Assembly (NCBI GenBank): GCA_947625505.1
Contig: CANQON010000001.1
Location: 28,950 to 92,949 of the forward strand
Length of the DNA stretch: 64,000 nucleotides
Direction of reading: 5' to 3'
Source of the DNA: an uncultured Bacilli bacterium
GTDB taxonomy: Bacteria > Bacillota_I > Bacilli_A > RF39 > UBA660
A model generated the notes under the pieces. That model was given only the letters and a program-made list of their open reading frames with translations, was not told where the DNA came from and searched no databases. The position numbers and the translations under genes were made by a program. Position 1 is the first letter of the stretch. Each line of letters begins with the position of its first letter. Positions 31,669 to 42,291 of this stretch are shown here, one piece after another.

Positions 31669-32142
31669 ATGGATAAATTTAGTTCGGCACTTCGCGGATA
31701 TGATAAAAAAGAAGTTAATGCTTTTATCGATAAAATTATTACGCAAGTGGAAAGCATGGTAAAAGAAATCGAAGAAAAAGATAAAAAAATAGAGAAGCTA
31801 CAAAAAGTAGCGAAAAAAAATCAACTTGTGGCAAAAAAATTATCAGCTAAAATAGAAGTATTAAATAATGAAATAGAAATGCTTAATCAAAAAGAAAACT
31901 TTAGTAAAGAATATGATCGTACGATGGTTGATTTAGCTAAATCTAAATCGGAAGCTAAAAAGATTATGGCTAATGCTAAAGCTAAAGGAGAAAAAATAGT
32001 TAAGCAAGCCGAAGAAAATGCAGATGCTATTACTCAAGAATGTTTATTAAATGCTAAAAAGAAAGAAATGGAATTAAATACTTTAAAAAGTGAAATAGAT
32101 AAATTGAAGCAAATGAAAGAGACGTTATATTATGGATCTTAA
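31669..32142 (+). CDS. divIVA: DivIVA-domain cell-division protein
   Basis: MDKFSSALRGYDKKEVNAFIDKI… is the DivIVA N-terminal signature, followed by coiled-coil. The gene sits in the conserved position after sepF and before ileS. Confidence 0.7.
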   Translation: MDKFSSALRGYDKKEVNAFIDKIITQVESMVKEIEEKDKKIEKLQKVAKKNQLVAKKLSAKIEVLNNEIEMLNQKENFSKEYDRTMVDLAKSKSEAKKIMANAKAKGEKIVKQAEENADAITQECLLNAKKKEMELNTLKSEIDKLKQMKETLYYGS

Positions 32143-32145
32143 AGA

Positions 32146-32299
32146 GAGTCTACGTTAGGTGGAAGTAGATAGGGAAGTAATATATGTATCACTCTGGATG
32201 CTAAAGAGGTAACGCTTTATAGTTTTTAGTGCATAATGAATATTATGAAATAGGATGGTACCACGTGGAAAGCGTTCCTATACTCATAATATTTTTTTT
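32146..32299 (+). promoter_or_regulatory. candidate T-box riboswitch leader (tRNA-Ile-responsive), ending in an intrinsic terminator
   Basis: AGAGAG lies at the 5' end. The T-box-like motif AAATAGGATGGTACCACG (32248–32265) matches the consensus AAUUAGGGUGGNACCGCG at 15 of 18 positions. It lies inside a 12-bp interrupted hairpin (32243–32289) followed by TATTTTTTTT. The location, between divIVA and ileS, matches Bacillus synteny. Confidence 0.55.
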
Positions 32300-32314
32300 G
32301 ATATGAGGTGAGAT

Positions 32315-32857
32315 ATGAAGACAGAATATGAAGTCAGAGTATTAAATATTGATACTAGTCATTTACTTAGTAAATTAGAAGAATTACAAGCTATTAAAAA
32401 GGGTGAGTATTTCCAAAGAAGATATATCTATGATTTTAAACCAAAGATAGAAGGTAAATGGATAAGACTTAGAACTAATGGTATTGAGACAACTCTAACG
32501 ATTAAGAATCGTTATGATGATCAAAAAATAGGTGGTACTCTAGAATTAGAAGAAAAAGTTGAAGACTTTGATAAAACACATCTCATCTTAAAAGAGTTAG
32601 GTTATGATGAAATAGCCTATCAGGAGAATAAACGGATATCCTATTTAATAGGAGATATAGAAATAGATATTGATTCATGGCCTATGATTCCTACTTATGT
32701 TGAGATTGAAGGGCCTAATGAAGAAAAAGTAGAAAAATATATTCAATTACTAGAATTAAGTAATTATGAACAAACATGTGAGGGTGTAAATAAAGTATAT
32801 GCACGTTATGATATCGATTTACATTCTTATAAAGAATTAAGATTTGAGGAGGGTTAA
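32315..32857 (+). CDS. CYTH-like domain protein (CyaB/triphosphatase fold), 180 aa
   Basis: N-terminal EYEVRV (the ExExK-like motif), RLR, and acidic β-strand motifs (EIEIDIDS…YVEIEGP) are present. RBS GAGGTGAG precedes the ATG. The end overlaps the ileS start. Confidence 0.5.
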   Translation: MKTEYEVRVLNIDTSHLLSKLEELQAIKKGEYFQRRYIYDFKPKIEGKWIRLRTNGIETTLTIKNRYDDQKIGGTLELEEKVEDFDKTHLILKELGYDEIAYQENKRISYLIGDIEIDIDSWPMIPTYVEIEGPNEEKVEKYIQLLELSNYEQTCEGVNKVYARYDIDLHSYKELRFEEG

Positions 32858-32858
32858 A

Positions 32859-35800
32859 ATGAAAAATTTTAAAGAATTAGATAAAAGATCTGTTAATGAA
32901 GTAGAAACAGCTATCCTAGAGAGTTGGGGTAGTATTAATAAAATGCATGATAAACAAGTAGAATTAAATAAAGATAATAAAACCTTTGTTTTCTATGATG
33001 GGCCTGCTTTCGCTAATGGTTTTCCAGGCTTACATCATATGGTAGCTAAAAACTTAAAAGATGCTGTTACAAAATATCATGTTATGAATGGTAAAAAAGT
33101 AATTCGTAAAATAGGATGGGATACTCATGGATTACCAATTGAAAATCATGTTGAAAAGAAATTAGGTATTTCATCTAAAAAAGAAATTGAAACATTAGGA
33201 GTTGCTAAATTTAATGAAGAATGTCGTAAAAGTGTACGTGAAAATGAATCAGCTTTTACGGATTTAACTAGTAAAATGGGACAATTCTTTGATGTAGAAA
33301 ATCCATATTTAACATATAAGAATGAATATATTGAAACTGAATGGTGGATATTAAAAGAGATGTTTAAGAAAAACATGTTCTATGAAGGTACAAGAGTTGT
33401 TCCTTATTGTCCACATTGTGGTACAGGTTTAGCTACCCATGAAGTAGCGCAAAATTATCAAACAGATACAGCTATTACTGTATATGTACCATTTAAGAAA
33501 AAAGATGAAGATGTTTATTTCTTAGTATGGACAACAACACCATGGACTTTAATTGCGAATGTAGCCCTTTGCGTTAATCCAAACGAAGAATATGTTTTAG
33601 CTGAATCTAAAGGTAATAAGTTTATTGTTGCTAAAGCTTTACTTAAGACTGTTTTAGGAGAAGAGGCAACTATTTTAGAAACATATAAAGGTAAAGATTT
33701 AGAGTATCAAGAATATGAACAATTAATTCCATCATTTGATGTTGATAAAAAAGGATTCTATGTTACTTGTGATGAGTATGTAACAATGGAAGATGGTACT
33801 GGTATAGTACATATAGCACCTGCTTTTGGTGAAGATGATGCTAACGTTGGTAAGAAATATGATTTACCTTATTTAAATCCTGTTGGTAAAGATGGATGTT
33901 ATGTTGGTGGATTATGGGATGGTAAATTCGTTCATGATGTTAATGAAGAAGTTGTTGATTATTTAAAAGCTAATGATAAATTATTTAGAAAACAAAAAGT
34001 AGCGCATGAATATCCACATTGTTGGCGTTGTGATACTCCATTAATTTATTATTCTATGCCAAGTTATTATATTAAAGTTAGTGAAATGACTGATAAGTTA
34101 GTTAAAGCTAATGCTAAAGTACATTGGTATCCTGCTCATGTTGGGGAAAAGAGATTTGCTAACTGGTTAGCTAATGCTCGTGATTGGAATGTATCACGTA
34201 GTCGTTATTGGGGTAGTCCTATTCCATACTTTAAATGTTCTTGTGGACATACCCATATGGTTGGATCTATTGCTGAACTTCGTGAAATGGCAACAACTAA
34301 AATAGGTGATGATTTAGATTTACATAAACCATATATTGATGAAGTTCATTTAAGATGTCCTAAATGTGGTGGCGAAATGACACGTATTCCAGATGTTTTA
34401 GATTGTTGGTTTGATTCTGGATCTATGCCTTTTGCACAATATCATTATCCTTTTGAAAATAAGGAGTTATGGGAATCACAATTTCCAGCTGATTTCATTT
34501 GTGAAGGTATTGATCAAACAAGAGGATGGTTCTATACTTTAATGGTAATATCAGTCTTTGTTAAAGGATGTTCACCATTTAAAAATGTTTTAGTAAATGA
34601 TTTACTTCTTGATGCTGAAGGCAAAAAGATGAGTAAGTCACGTGGTAATATTGTTGAACCTTTCTCAACAATTAAAGAGTATGGTGCTGATACTGTTAGA
34701 TTCTATTTATTATATGTATCACCTGTATGGACACCTTTAAAATTTGATATGAATGGGTTAAAAGAAGTTTATTCTAAATTCTTTAATCCATTAAAGAATA
34801 CTTATAATTTCTTTGCTATGTATGCTAATATCGATGAAATAGATATTGATAAATGTAAAGTACCTTATAGCAAGAGAGAAGAAATTGATCGTTGGTTACT
34901 TTCTAAATATAATAAGTTAGTTAAAGATGTACGTGCTTCTTTTGATGAATATGATTTAAATAAAGTTGTTCATTATTTATCTAATTTCGTATCAGAAGAT
35001 TTATCTAACTGGTATATTAGACGTAATCGTAATCGTTTCTGGGGTAGTAAATTAGATAATTCTAAAAAGAGTGTTTATTTAACAACCTATGAAGTACTAT
35101 CTAGTTTAGCTCGTTTAATCGCACCTATTACACCATTCTTAGCTGAAGAGTTATATCGTAATTTAACAGGTGAAGAGTCAGTACATTTTACTAGTTATCC
35201 AAAATGTGATAATAAGTTAATTGATGAACATGTTGAAATGCGTATGGATTTAGTAAGAAGTTTAATATCTGTAGGACGTTATGTACGTGAAGAAACAAAG
35301 ATTAAAGTTCGTCAACCACTTAAAGAAGCTTTAATTGATGGTAAGAATAAAGATTTAATTGAAGATTTAGTACCACTTATTTCCGAAGAGTTAAATATTA
35401 AAGAAGTATTATTTGTTGATGATTTAAATGAATATATGAATATTTCTTTAAAACCTAATTTTAAAGAAGTAGGTAAGGTATTTGGACCTTTAATGAAAGA
35501 ATTCCAAACTAATCTAGAAAAATTAAGTAGTGCTGATATTAATAAATTACAAAAGGGTGAAAATATCACCATGACATTAGGAGGAGAAGATAAAGAAATT
35601 ACTCCTGATATGATTGATTTACGTATATCTTCTAAAGAAGGATTTAATGTTGGTATGGAGAATAATAATTTTATGATTATTGATACTACTTTAACTGAAG
35701 ATTTAATATTAGAAGGTATTGCTCGTGAATTAGTTTCTAAAGTTCAAAATATGCGTAAACAAGCTAATTTTGAAATAACTGATCGTATTAATTTATATTA

Positions 35801-35954
35801 TAAAGCTGATGAATTAGCTACGAAAGCAATATTAGAATATAAAGATTTCATTATGAATGAAACTTTAGCTCTTAAATTAGAAGAAAAAGCTGATTTAGAA
35901 GAAACAGTAGATTTAAATGGTCATGAAGGTAAATTAAAAGTAGAAAAGGCATAA
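32859..35954 (+). CDS. ileS: isoleucine--tRNA ligase
   Basis: About 1030 aa. RBS GGAGGG precedes the ATG at 32859. Class I motifs are present (HIGH-like …GLHHM…, KMSKS = KMSKSRGN), together with the editing domain. Confidence 0.95.
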   Translation: MKNFKELDKRSVNEVETAILESWGSINKMHDKQVELNKDNKTFVFYDGPAFANGFPGLHHMVAKNLKDAVTKYHVMNGKKVIRKIGWDTHGLPIENHVEKKLGISSKKEIETLGVAKFNEECRKSVRENESAFTDLTSKMGQFFDVENPYLTYKNEYIETEWWILKEMFKKNMFYEGTRVVPYCPHCGTGLATHEVAQNYQTDTAITVYVPFKKKDEDVYFLVWTTTPWTLIANVALCVNPNEEYVLAESKGNKFIVAKALLKTVLGEEATILETYKGKDLEYQEYEQLIPSFDVDKKGFYVTCDEYVTMEDGTGIVHIAPAFGEDDANVGKKYDLPYLNPVGKDGCYVGGLWDGKFVHDVNEEVVDYLKANDKLFRKQKVAHEYPHCWRCDTPLIYYSMPSYYIKVSEMTDKLVKANAKVHWYPAHVGEKRFANWLANARDWNVSRSRYWGSPIPYFKCSCGHTHMVGSIAELREMATTKIGDDLDLHKPYIDEVHLRCPKCGGEMTRIPDVLDCWFDSGSMPFAQYHYPFENKELWESQFPADFICEGIDQTRGWFYTLMVISVFVKGCSPFKNVLVNDLLLDAEGKKMSKSRGNIVEPFSTIKEYGADTVRFYLLYVSPVWTPLKFDMNGLKEVYSKFFNPLKNTYNFFAMYANIDEIDIDKCKVPYSKREEIDRWLLSKYNKLVKDVRASFDEYDLNKVVHYLSNFVSEDLSNWYIRRNRNRFWGSKLDNSKKSVYLTTYEVLSSLARLIAPITPFLAEELYRNLTGEESVHFTSYPKCDNKLIDEHVEMRMDLVRSLISVGRYVREETKIKVRQPLKEALIDGKNKDLIEDLVPLISEELNIKEVLFVDDLNEYMNISLKPNFKEVGKVFGPLMKEFQTNLEKLSSADINKLQKGENITMTLGGEDKEITPDMIDLRISSKEGFNVGMENNNFMIIDTTLTEDLILEGIARELVSKVQNMRKQANFEITDRINLYYKADELATKAILEYKDFIMNETLALKLEEKADLEETVDLNGHEGKLKVEKA

Positions 35955-35970
35955 GCCTTTTTTATTTTTT
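35944..35970 (+). terminator. intrinsic terminator after ileS
   Basis: AAGGC-ata-GCCTT followed by TTTTTATTTTTT. Confidence 0.7.
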
Positions 35971-36023
35971 GACAAATAAAAAATAATTTGTTATTATAGC
36001 TCACAAAAAAAGGGGGAATAAAG

Positions 36024-37151
36024 ATGAAAAAACATACTTGTACATCACTTTATATAGATAATATTCCTATTTATGTTATTGATGATGAAATAAAGCCATT
36101 AAAAGAAGAACTAGAATCATTCTTAGATGGTATGGATTATATGAAAAGTAAAGAGTTTTCTTTAAATACTTTATTTCCTCATGAAATACAAGCTAATAAT
36201 ATAATTGAAGGATATCAAGATGATGCATCTTTTATTGACGCTATTATTCATCATACCGTAAAAATTAATGATGAAAAACGTAAAAAACGTATCTTAAATT
36301 TATATCGTGGATACAAATATATTTTTGAAGGTAAAGATATAAATGAAGATACTTTACGACATTTATATAAAATATTATCTGAAGGTTTATTAGATACTTA
36401 TGATTTAAGACATATGGGTAAATACTATAGACAGGCACCTGTATATATTTATTATTCCTCTAATATTGGCATAGCTCCTGATGAAGGAGTTGATTATCAC
36501 TTAATAAGAGAAAAGATGCAACTGTTATTAGCGTTTTTAAATGAAACACCTACTGATTGTTTAACGGATACTTTTTTAGTATCGCAATTAGCTAAAATAT
36601 ATTTTTATTATATTCATCCTTATTTTGATATTAATGGACGAACAGCTCGTACAACAGCTATGTGGCATTTATTAAATAAGGAAGCTTATCCTTTTATTAT
36701 TTTTAATAGAGGCATCCAACTTGCTAAACAAGAATACTATAAAGTTATACGTGATGTAAAAAAGTATCGTAACGCTACATTCTTTTTAAACTATATGATG
36801 ATAGGTGTTAAAAAGGAATTAGAAAAAGAATATATTATTGACATGATTACCCAAAGTTCAGGTAAATTATCAACACTTGAATATCAAACATTACAATATA
36901 TATTGTCAATGAGAGGAGAGTGGACTTATTATGACTTTGCTAGCTATTATAATCATGCGAACGATAAAAAATCGCGCCCAGAGGTTATCCAAACAATGAT
37001 TGAACCTTTAATAGATAAAGGAATAATCATACCAGGAAGAACAACAAAGTGTAGTAAAGAACAGAATAGATTCTTTACTTTAAATGAAGCAAAATATGAA
37101 ATAGATCCTGACAAAGTAAAAAGAATAAGTTTAGTAACAAAAGATCATTAG
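36024..37151 (+). CDS. Fic/DOC family protein (putative AMPylase)
   Basis: The Fic motif HPYFDINGRTAR matches HPFx[DE]GNGRxxR with Gly replaced by Ile. It is monocistronic, between two terminators. Confidence 0.75.
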   Translation: MKKHTCTSLYIDNIPIYVIDDEIKPLKEELESFLDGMDYMKSKEFSLNTLFPHEIQANNIIEGYQDDASFIDAIIHHTVKINDEKRKKRILNLYRGYKYIFEGKDINEDTLRHLYKILSEGLLDTYDLRHMGKYYRQAPVYIYYSSNIGIAPDEGVDYHLIREKMQLLLAFLNETPTDCLTDTFLVSQLAKIYFYYIHPYFDINGRTARTTAMWHLLNKEAYPFIIFNRGIQLAKQEYYKVIRDVKKYRNATFFLNYMMIGVKKELEKEYIIDMITQSSGKLSTLEYQTLQYILSMRGEWTYYDFASYYNHANDKKSRPEVIQTMIEPLIDKGIIIPGRTTKCSKEQNRFFTLNEAKYEIDPDKVKRISLVTKDH

Positions 37152-37272
37152 TTGTCTACTAAACGTCAAATTATTAAATAAATATGAAAATAATATGCTT
37201 GTTTTAATTAAAGAAGGTAATATTATTTTCTTTTTTTTATACTTTTTGATATAATTAAATATAGGTGTAGAT

Positions 37273-38307
37273 ATGAAAAATATATATGGAGAAACATTAA
37301 AAGAATTAGAACAATATTTTATTGATAAAAATGAAGGTAAATTTAAAGCTACACAAGTCTTTGAATGGTTATATAAAAAACGTGTTAAAACATTTCAAGA
37401 TATGAAGAATGTTAGCTTAAAAACTATTAATGATTTAACTAATGATTTTAGTATAGAACCTTTAGAAATAATTACCAAAAAAACGGATATTGATGTTTCA
37501 AAATATTTATTTAAACTAAGTGATAATAATAAAATTGAAGCAGTTTTAATGAATCATGATTATGGAAATAGTTTATGTATATCTACCCAAGTTGGGTGTA
37601 ATATGGGATGCCACTTTTGTGAAAGTGGTAGATTAAAAAAGGTACGTAATTTAGAAGCTAGTGAAATGGTAAGACAAATATTAGCTGTTGAAGAAGATTT
37701 AAATATACGTATATCACATATTGTCTTAATGGGTATAGGAGAACCTTTTGATAACTATGATAATGTCATATCTTTTGTTGATATTGTTAATACACCAAAA
37801 GGTATTGATATTGGTAGTCGTCATATTACAATATCTACTTGTGGATTAATTCCTAAAATAGAAGAATTTATGAATTATGATAAACAAGTTAATTTAGCTA
37901 TATCATTACATGCACCTAATAATAAAATTAGAAATAGTATTATGAAAATTAATAAAGCTTATCCTTTAGAAAAATTAATACCAACAGTAAAAAGATATGT
38001 TGATAAAACAAAACGCCGAGTAACTTTTGAATATATTATGTTAAAAGGTATTAATGATTCAGTGGATAACGCTATAGAATTAAGTAAATTATTAAAAGAT
38101 ATTAATTGTTATGTTAATTTAATACCTTATAATGAAACTAGTCATATCGAATATAAAAAAAGCAGTAAAGATCAAATTCTAAAGTTTTATGATACATTAA
38201 AGAAAAATGGTATTAATGTAACAATAAGACGTGAGTTTGGTAGTAAGGTTAAAGCAGCATGTGGACAATTAAGATCTAACTATGAGGAGGCACAAAATGA
38301 AGTATAA
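37273..38307 (+). CDS. rlmN: 23S rRNA (A2503-C2) / tRNA methyltransferase RlmN (radical SAM)
   Basis: The CxxxCxxC cluster GCNMGCHFCESG and a C-terminal Cys are present. The gene sits in the conserved position upstream of prpC-prkC. Confidence 0.9.
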   Translation: MKNIYGETLKELEQYFIDKNEGKFKATQVFEWLYKKRVKTFQDMKNVSLKTINDLTNDFSIEPLEIITKKTDIDVSKYLFKLSDNNKIEAVLMNHDYGNSLCISTQVGCNMGCHFCESGRLKKVRNLEASEMVRQILAVEEDLNIRISHIVLMGIGEPFDNYDNVISFVDIVNTPKGIDIGSRHITISTCGLIPKIEEFMNYDKQVNLAISLHAPNNKIRNSIMKINKAYPLEKLIPTVKRYVDKTKRRVTFEYIMLKGINDSVDNAIELSKLLKDINCYVNLIPYNETSHIEYKKSSKDQILKFYDTLKKNGINVTIRREFGSKVKAACGQLRSNYEEAQNEV

Positions 38308-39031
38308 CTTTTTAACAGATCCTGGAAAAATAAGAGAACGTAATGAAGATTGCGTTACGATTGTGGAAAATCCTGCTCATGAAATACTTATGTGTGTAGC
38401 TGATGGAATGGGTGGACATAAAGATGGAGAAATAGCTTCTAATATAGCTATTACCCACATTAGTAAAAGATTTGCATCTATTAGTAGTGTTGGTAATAAA
38501 GAAGACGCTATAAACTGGATACAAAGTACAGTTAGTGAAGCTAATGCCTTAATATTTAAGTATGTAGCTGAGCACCCTGAAAGTACAGGTATGGGAACAA
38601 CTGTTGTACTAGCCATATTAACCCCATCATTCCTATTATTTGGTAATATTGGTGATTCGTCAGGATATGTTATTAAAAACAATAAATTACATAAGATTAC
38701 GGTTGATCATACATTAGTTAATTTATTAGTTAAAAGTGGTGATTTGACTTTAGAAGAAGCTAAAGATCATCCACGTAAAAACGTTTTAATGAAAGCCTTA
38801 GGTGCGAATACTAATGTAGAAATAGATATTTTTAATGTTGAACTTAATATTGAAGGTATTATGTTATGTAGTGATGGTTTAACAAATATGTTAACAGAAG
38901 AACAAATTACTAAAGTTTTAAATAGTGATAGTTCAATTGAAGATAAATTAAATAAATTAATATTTAAAGCAAATAATCGTGGAGGAAATGACAATATATC
39001 AGTAGCTTTACTTTATAGGGAGGAAAACTAG
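38297..39031 (+). CDS. prpC: PP2C-family Ser/Thr protein phosphatase (PrpC/Stp)
   Basis: RBS GAGGAGG precedes the ATG at 38297. PP2C motifs are present: ADGMGGH, DSSGY and SDGLTN. It is paired with prkC. Confidence 0.85.
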   Translation: MKYNFLTDPGKIRERNEDCVTIVENPAHEILMCVADGMGGHKDGEIASNIAITHISKRFASISSVGNKEDAINWIQSTVSEANALIFKYVAEHPESTGMGTTVVLAILTPSFLLFGNIGDSSGYVIKNNKLHKITVDHTLVNLLVKSGDLTLEEAKDHPRKNVLMKALGANTNVEIDIFNVELNIEGIMLCSDGLTNMLTEEQITKVLNSDSSIEDKLNKLIFKANNRGGNDNISVALLYREEN

Positions 39032-39032
39032 T

Positions 39033-40778
39033 ATGATAATTAAAGGTCAAAAAATAGATGGACGTTATCAAATAATTCGTACCATAGGTGAAGGTGGTAT
39101 GGCTAATGTCTATTTGGCATATGATACAATCTTAGATCGTGAAGTAGCTGTTAAAATATTACGTGGTGATTTAGCTAGTGATGAAAAATTTGTAAAAAGA
39201 TTTCAACGAGAAGCTAAAGCAGCTAGTTCCCTAAATCATCCAAATATTGTAGAAATGTATGATGTAGGAGAAGATGATGGTAACTATTTTATCGTTATGG
39301 AATATGTTAATGGTAAAACTTTAAAAAGTTTAATTAAGAAAAGGGGAGCTTTATCATTATCAGAAACCATTGATATTATGTTACAATTAACAAGTGGTAT
39401 AGCTTGTGCACATGAGAGTTTTATTATTCATCGTGATATTAAACCACAAAATGTTATGATTTTAGAAGATGGAAGAGTTAAAATTACTGACTTTGGTATT
39501 GCTGTAGCGTTAAATAGTACGGAGTTAACGCAAACAAATTCTGTTATGGGATCAGTACATTATTTGCCTCCAGAACAAGCTAATGGAAATACAGCTACTG
39601 TTAAAAGTGATATTTATTCTTTAGGTATTTTAATGTATGAGTTATTAACAGGTAAGTTACCATTTAAAGGTGATAATGCTGTTGAGATAGCTATTAAACA
39701 GATGAAAGATCCGATTCCAAGTATCGTTGAGGAAAATGCTAATATACCTCAAAGTGTTGAGAATGTTGTTTTAAAAGCGTGTGCTAAAAACCCAAATAAT
39801 CGTTATGATTCTGTTGCTGAAATGCATGAAGATTTAAAAACGGTATTATCTGAAGCACGTAAAGATGAGAAAAAAGTTGTTTATGAATACCCTGAAGGAG
39901 ATTTAGAAACAAATAATAAAGATAACGATGATGAAAATAAAACAATTGTTATGGATAAAATTCAAGATACCGACATAGAGGTTAAGGAAGGTAAGAGTGA
40001 AGTGAAGAAATTTAAATGGTTAGTTGCTATTGTAGGACTTGTTACTTCAATAGTTGTAATTGGATTATTAGTTGCCTTTTTTGGATTATTAAATTCTGCT
40101 AAAACGAAATCTGTTGTTTTACCAGAAATTCATGGTAAAACTAAAGAAGCAGCAGGAGAATCTTTAGATGATATTGGAGTATATTATTCTTGGGAGTCAG
40201 CACCTAGTAGTGATGTTGAAGAAGGATTAATCATTGGATATCGTGATCATAAAGAAGGATCTAAAGTTAAAGAAGGTAGTTCGGTTGTTGTTACCGTATC
40301 TAGTGGTTTAGGCGGAATTGAAATAGGAGATTACTATCGTAGAAATGTCGATGTTGTTAAAATAGAATTAGAAAATGCAGGTTTAAAAGTTGTTTTAACA
40401 TCTAAGAAGATATCTAAAGAAGAATACATGAAAGATCATCCAGAAGAAAAAGAAGAACCATTTGAAGGTATGGTTTTATCTCAAAGTGTTGAAAAAGGAA
40501 GCCGTTTAGATGCAGGACGTCCTATAGAACTTGTATATGCTACTTTGATAACTGTATATCCTGATTTCTTAGATGGAACTTATGATAAAGCTAAAATTCA
40601 AACATTCTGTGATGACAATAAGATTACTTGTCAATTTGAAACAACACCTTCTGATAAACCTGCAGGAACAATATTATCACAAGGACGTTCAGCAGGTACA
40701 GAAGTAAAAGAAGGAGTAACCTTAAGAATTGTTATAGCAGGAGCTCCTACTTCTGATGATGATACATCTGAGGAATAA
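39033..40778 (+). CDS. prkC: PASTA-domain Ser/Thr protein kinase PrkC
   Basis: The Hanks kinase core (HRDIKPQN, DFGIA, SVHYLPPE) is followed by one TM helix and about 3 extracellular PASTA repeats. Confidence 0.9.
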   Translation: MIIKGQKIDGRYQIIRTIGEGGMANVYLAYDTILDREVAVKILRGDLASDEKFVKRFQREAKAASSLNHPNIVEMYDVGEDDGNYFIVMEYVNGKTLKSLIKKRGALSLSETIDIMLQLTSGIACAHESFIIHRDIKPQNVMILEDGRVKITDFGIAVALNSTELTQTNSVMGSVHYLPPEQANGNTATVKSDIYSLGILMYELLTGKLPFKGDNAVEIAIKQMKDPIPSIVEENANIPQSVENVVLKACAKNPNNRYDSVAEMHEDLKTVLSEARKDEKKVVYEYPEGDLETNNKDNDDENKTIVMDKIQDTDIEVKEGKSEVKKFKWLVAIVGLVTSIVVIGLLVAFFGLLNSAKTKSVVLPEIHGKTKEAAGESLDDIGVYYSWESAPSSDVEEGLIIGYRDHKEGSKVKEGSSVVVTVSSGLGGIEIGDYYRRNVDVVKIELENAGLKVVLTSKKISKEEYMKDHPEEKEEPFEGMVLSQSVEKGSRLDAGRPIELVYATLITVYPDFLDGTYDKAKIQTFCDDNKITCQFETTPSDKPAGTILSQGRSAGTEVKEGVTLRIVIAGAPTSDDDTSEE

Positions 40779-40779
40779 T

Positions 40780-41610
40780 ATGCAAGGAAGAATTGTTAAG
40801 CAAATAAGCAATGATTATACTGTAGCTTTAGATAATCAAGAACTAGTTACTTGTAAAGCTAGAGGAAAATTTCGTAATTTACATATTACTCCTTTAGTAG
40901 GAGATATTGTTAATATTGATTATCAAAATAAATATATTTTAGAAATATTAGAAAGAAAAAATGAATTAATTAGGCCTAGTATTGCTAACGTTGATCAAGC
41001 TGTTATTATTACTAGTGTTCATATACCTAATTTTTCATCTAATCTTTTGGATAAACTATTAGTTATAATAGAATATAATAATATTAAACCAATTATATGT
41101 TTTACTAAACTAGATCTTATTGATGAAGAATATAAAAAAGAAATTGATACTTATATTAATTATTATCGTAAGATAGGATATCAAGTATTTGTTAATACTG
41201 ATGAAAAAATAAAGGAAATATTTAAAGATAAAGTTACTGTTTTTGCAGGGCAAAGTGGAGCAGGTAAAAGTACTTTAATTAATCGTTTAGATGCAAGTTT
41301 AAATCTTGAAACAGGTGAAGTATCCGAAGCATTAGGACGTGGTAAACATACAACAAGACATGTTGAATTAATACCTGTTTTAGGAGGATTAATTGCTGAT
41401 ACACCTGGCTTTTCTGCATTAACATTTGATAATATGAGTACAGCCGATATTCGTGATAATTTTATTGAATTTAATACTTATCGTGATAAATGTGAATATC
41501 AAGATTGTATGCATCAAAGTGAAGTTAATTGTGAAATAAAAAGACAAGTTGATAATGGTGAAATATTGTTATCACGTTATGAAAATTATCTAAAATTTAT
41601 TGAAAAGTAG
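40780..41610 (+). CDS. rsgA: ribosome small subunit-dependent GTPase A (RsgA/CpgA)
   Basis: A circularly permuted GTPase (…GQSGAGKSTLINRL…) with a C-terminal zinc-finger Cys/His cluster. RBS GAGGAA precedes the ATG at 40780. Confidence 0.9.
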   Translation: MQGRIVKQISNDYTVALDNQELVTCKARGKFRNLHITPLVGDIVNIDYQNKYILEILERKNELIRPSIANVDQAVIITSVHIPNFSSNLLDKLLVIIEYNNIKPIICFTKLDLIDEEYKKEIDTYINYYRKIGYQVFVNTDEKIKEIFKDKVTVFAGQSGAGKSTLINRLDASLNLETGEVSEALGRGKHTTRHVELIPVLGGLIADTPGFSALTFDNMSTADIRDNFIEFNTYRDKCEYQDCMHQSEVNCEIKRQVDNGEILLSRYENYLKFIEK

Positions 41611-41682
41611 ATATTATCTACTTTTTGTTTGCTTTTAAACCTATTGTTTTGTATACTTATAATAGAAGGAAGGCGTAAGAAA

Positions 41683-42291
41683 ATGATTTCAATTTCATTA
41701 CTTAATATTAAAGATGATAATGATAAAATTATTAAAATTGATAATTTAAAAACAGATTATTTACATATTGATATAATGGATGGATTATTTGTTAACAATA
41801 AAGTTGATTTTTTAGAGTTACCTAATGTTACAACTAAAAGAGATATTCATTTAATGGTTTATAATGTTAAAGATTATGTTGACTATTATAAAAAATATCA
41901 ACCTGAATATATAACTTTTCATTTAGAGGCTATCGATAATATTGAAGAGATGATTAATTATATTAAGGCACTTAATATCAAAGTTGGAATCTCTATTAAA
42001 CCTAATACACCTGTCGAAGATTTAAAGCCTTATTTAGATAAAGTAGATTTGGTTTTAGTAATGAGTGTTGAACCTGGTTTAGGAGGACAAAAGTTTATGG
42101 AAAATAGTCAAGCCAAAATTGAAGAATTAGATACCATTCGTAAAGAACATAATTATCAATATGTTATAGAAGTTGATGGAGGTATAAATAATATTACAAA
42201 AGCAATGTGTAAGGGTGCTGATATCTTAGTTGTTGGTAGTTATATTACTATGAGTGATAACTATGAAGAACGCTTAGCTTCAATGCTTTAA
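41683..42291 (+). CDS. rpe: ribulose-phosphate 3-epimerase
   Basis: LHIDIMDG and the …VDGGI… barrel motifs are present. The gene sits in the conserved position after rsgA. Confidence 0.85.
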   Translation: MISISLLNIKDDNDKIIKIDNLKTDYLHIDIMDGLFVNNKVDFLELPNVTTKRDIHLMVYNVKDYVDYYKKYQPEYITFHLEAIDNIEEMINYIKALNIKVGISIKPNTPVEDLKPYLDKVDLVLVMSVEPGLGGQKFMENSQAKIEELDTIRKEHNYQYVIEVDGGINNITKAMCKGADILVVGSYITMSDNYEERLASML

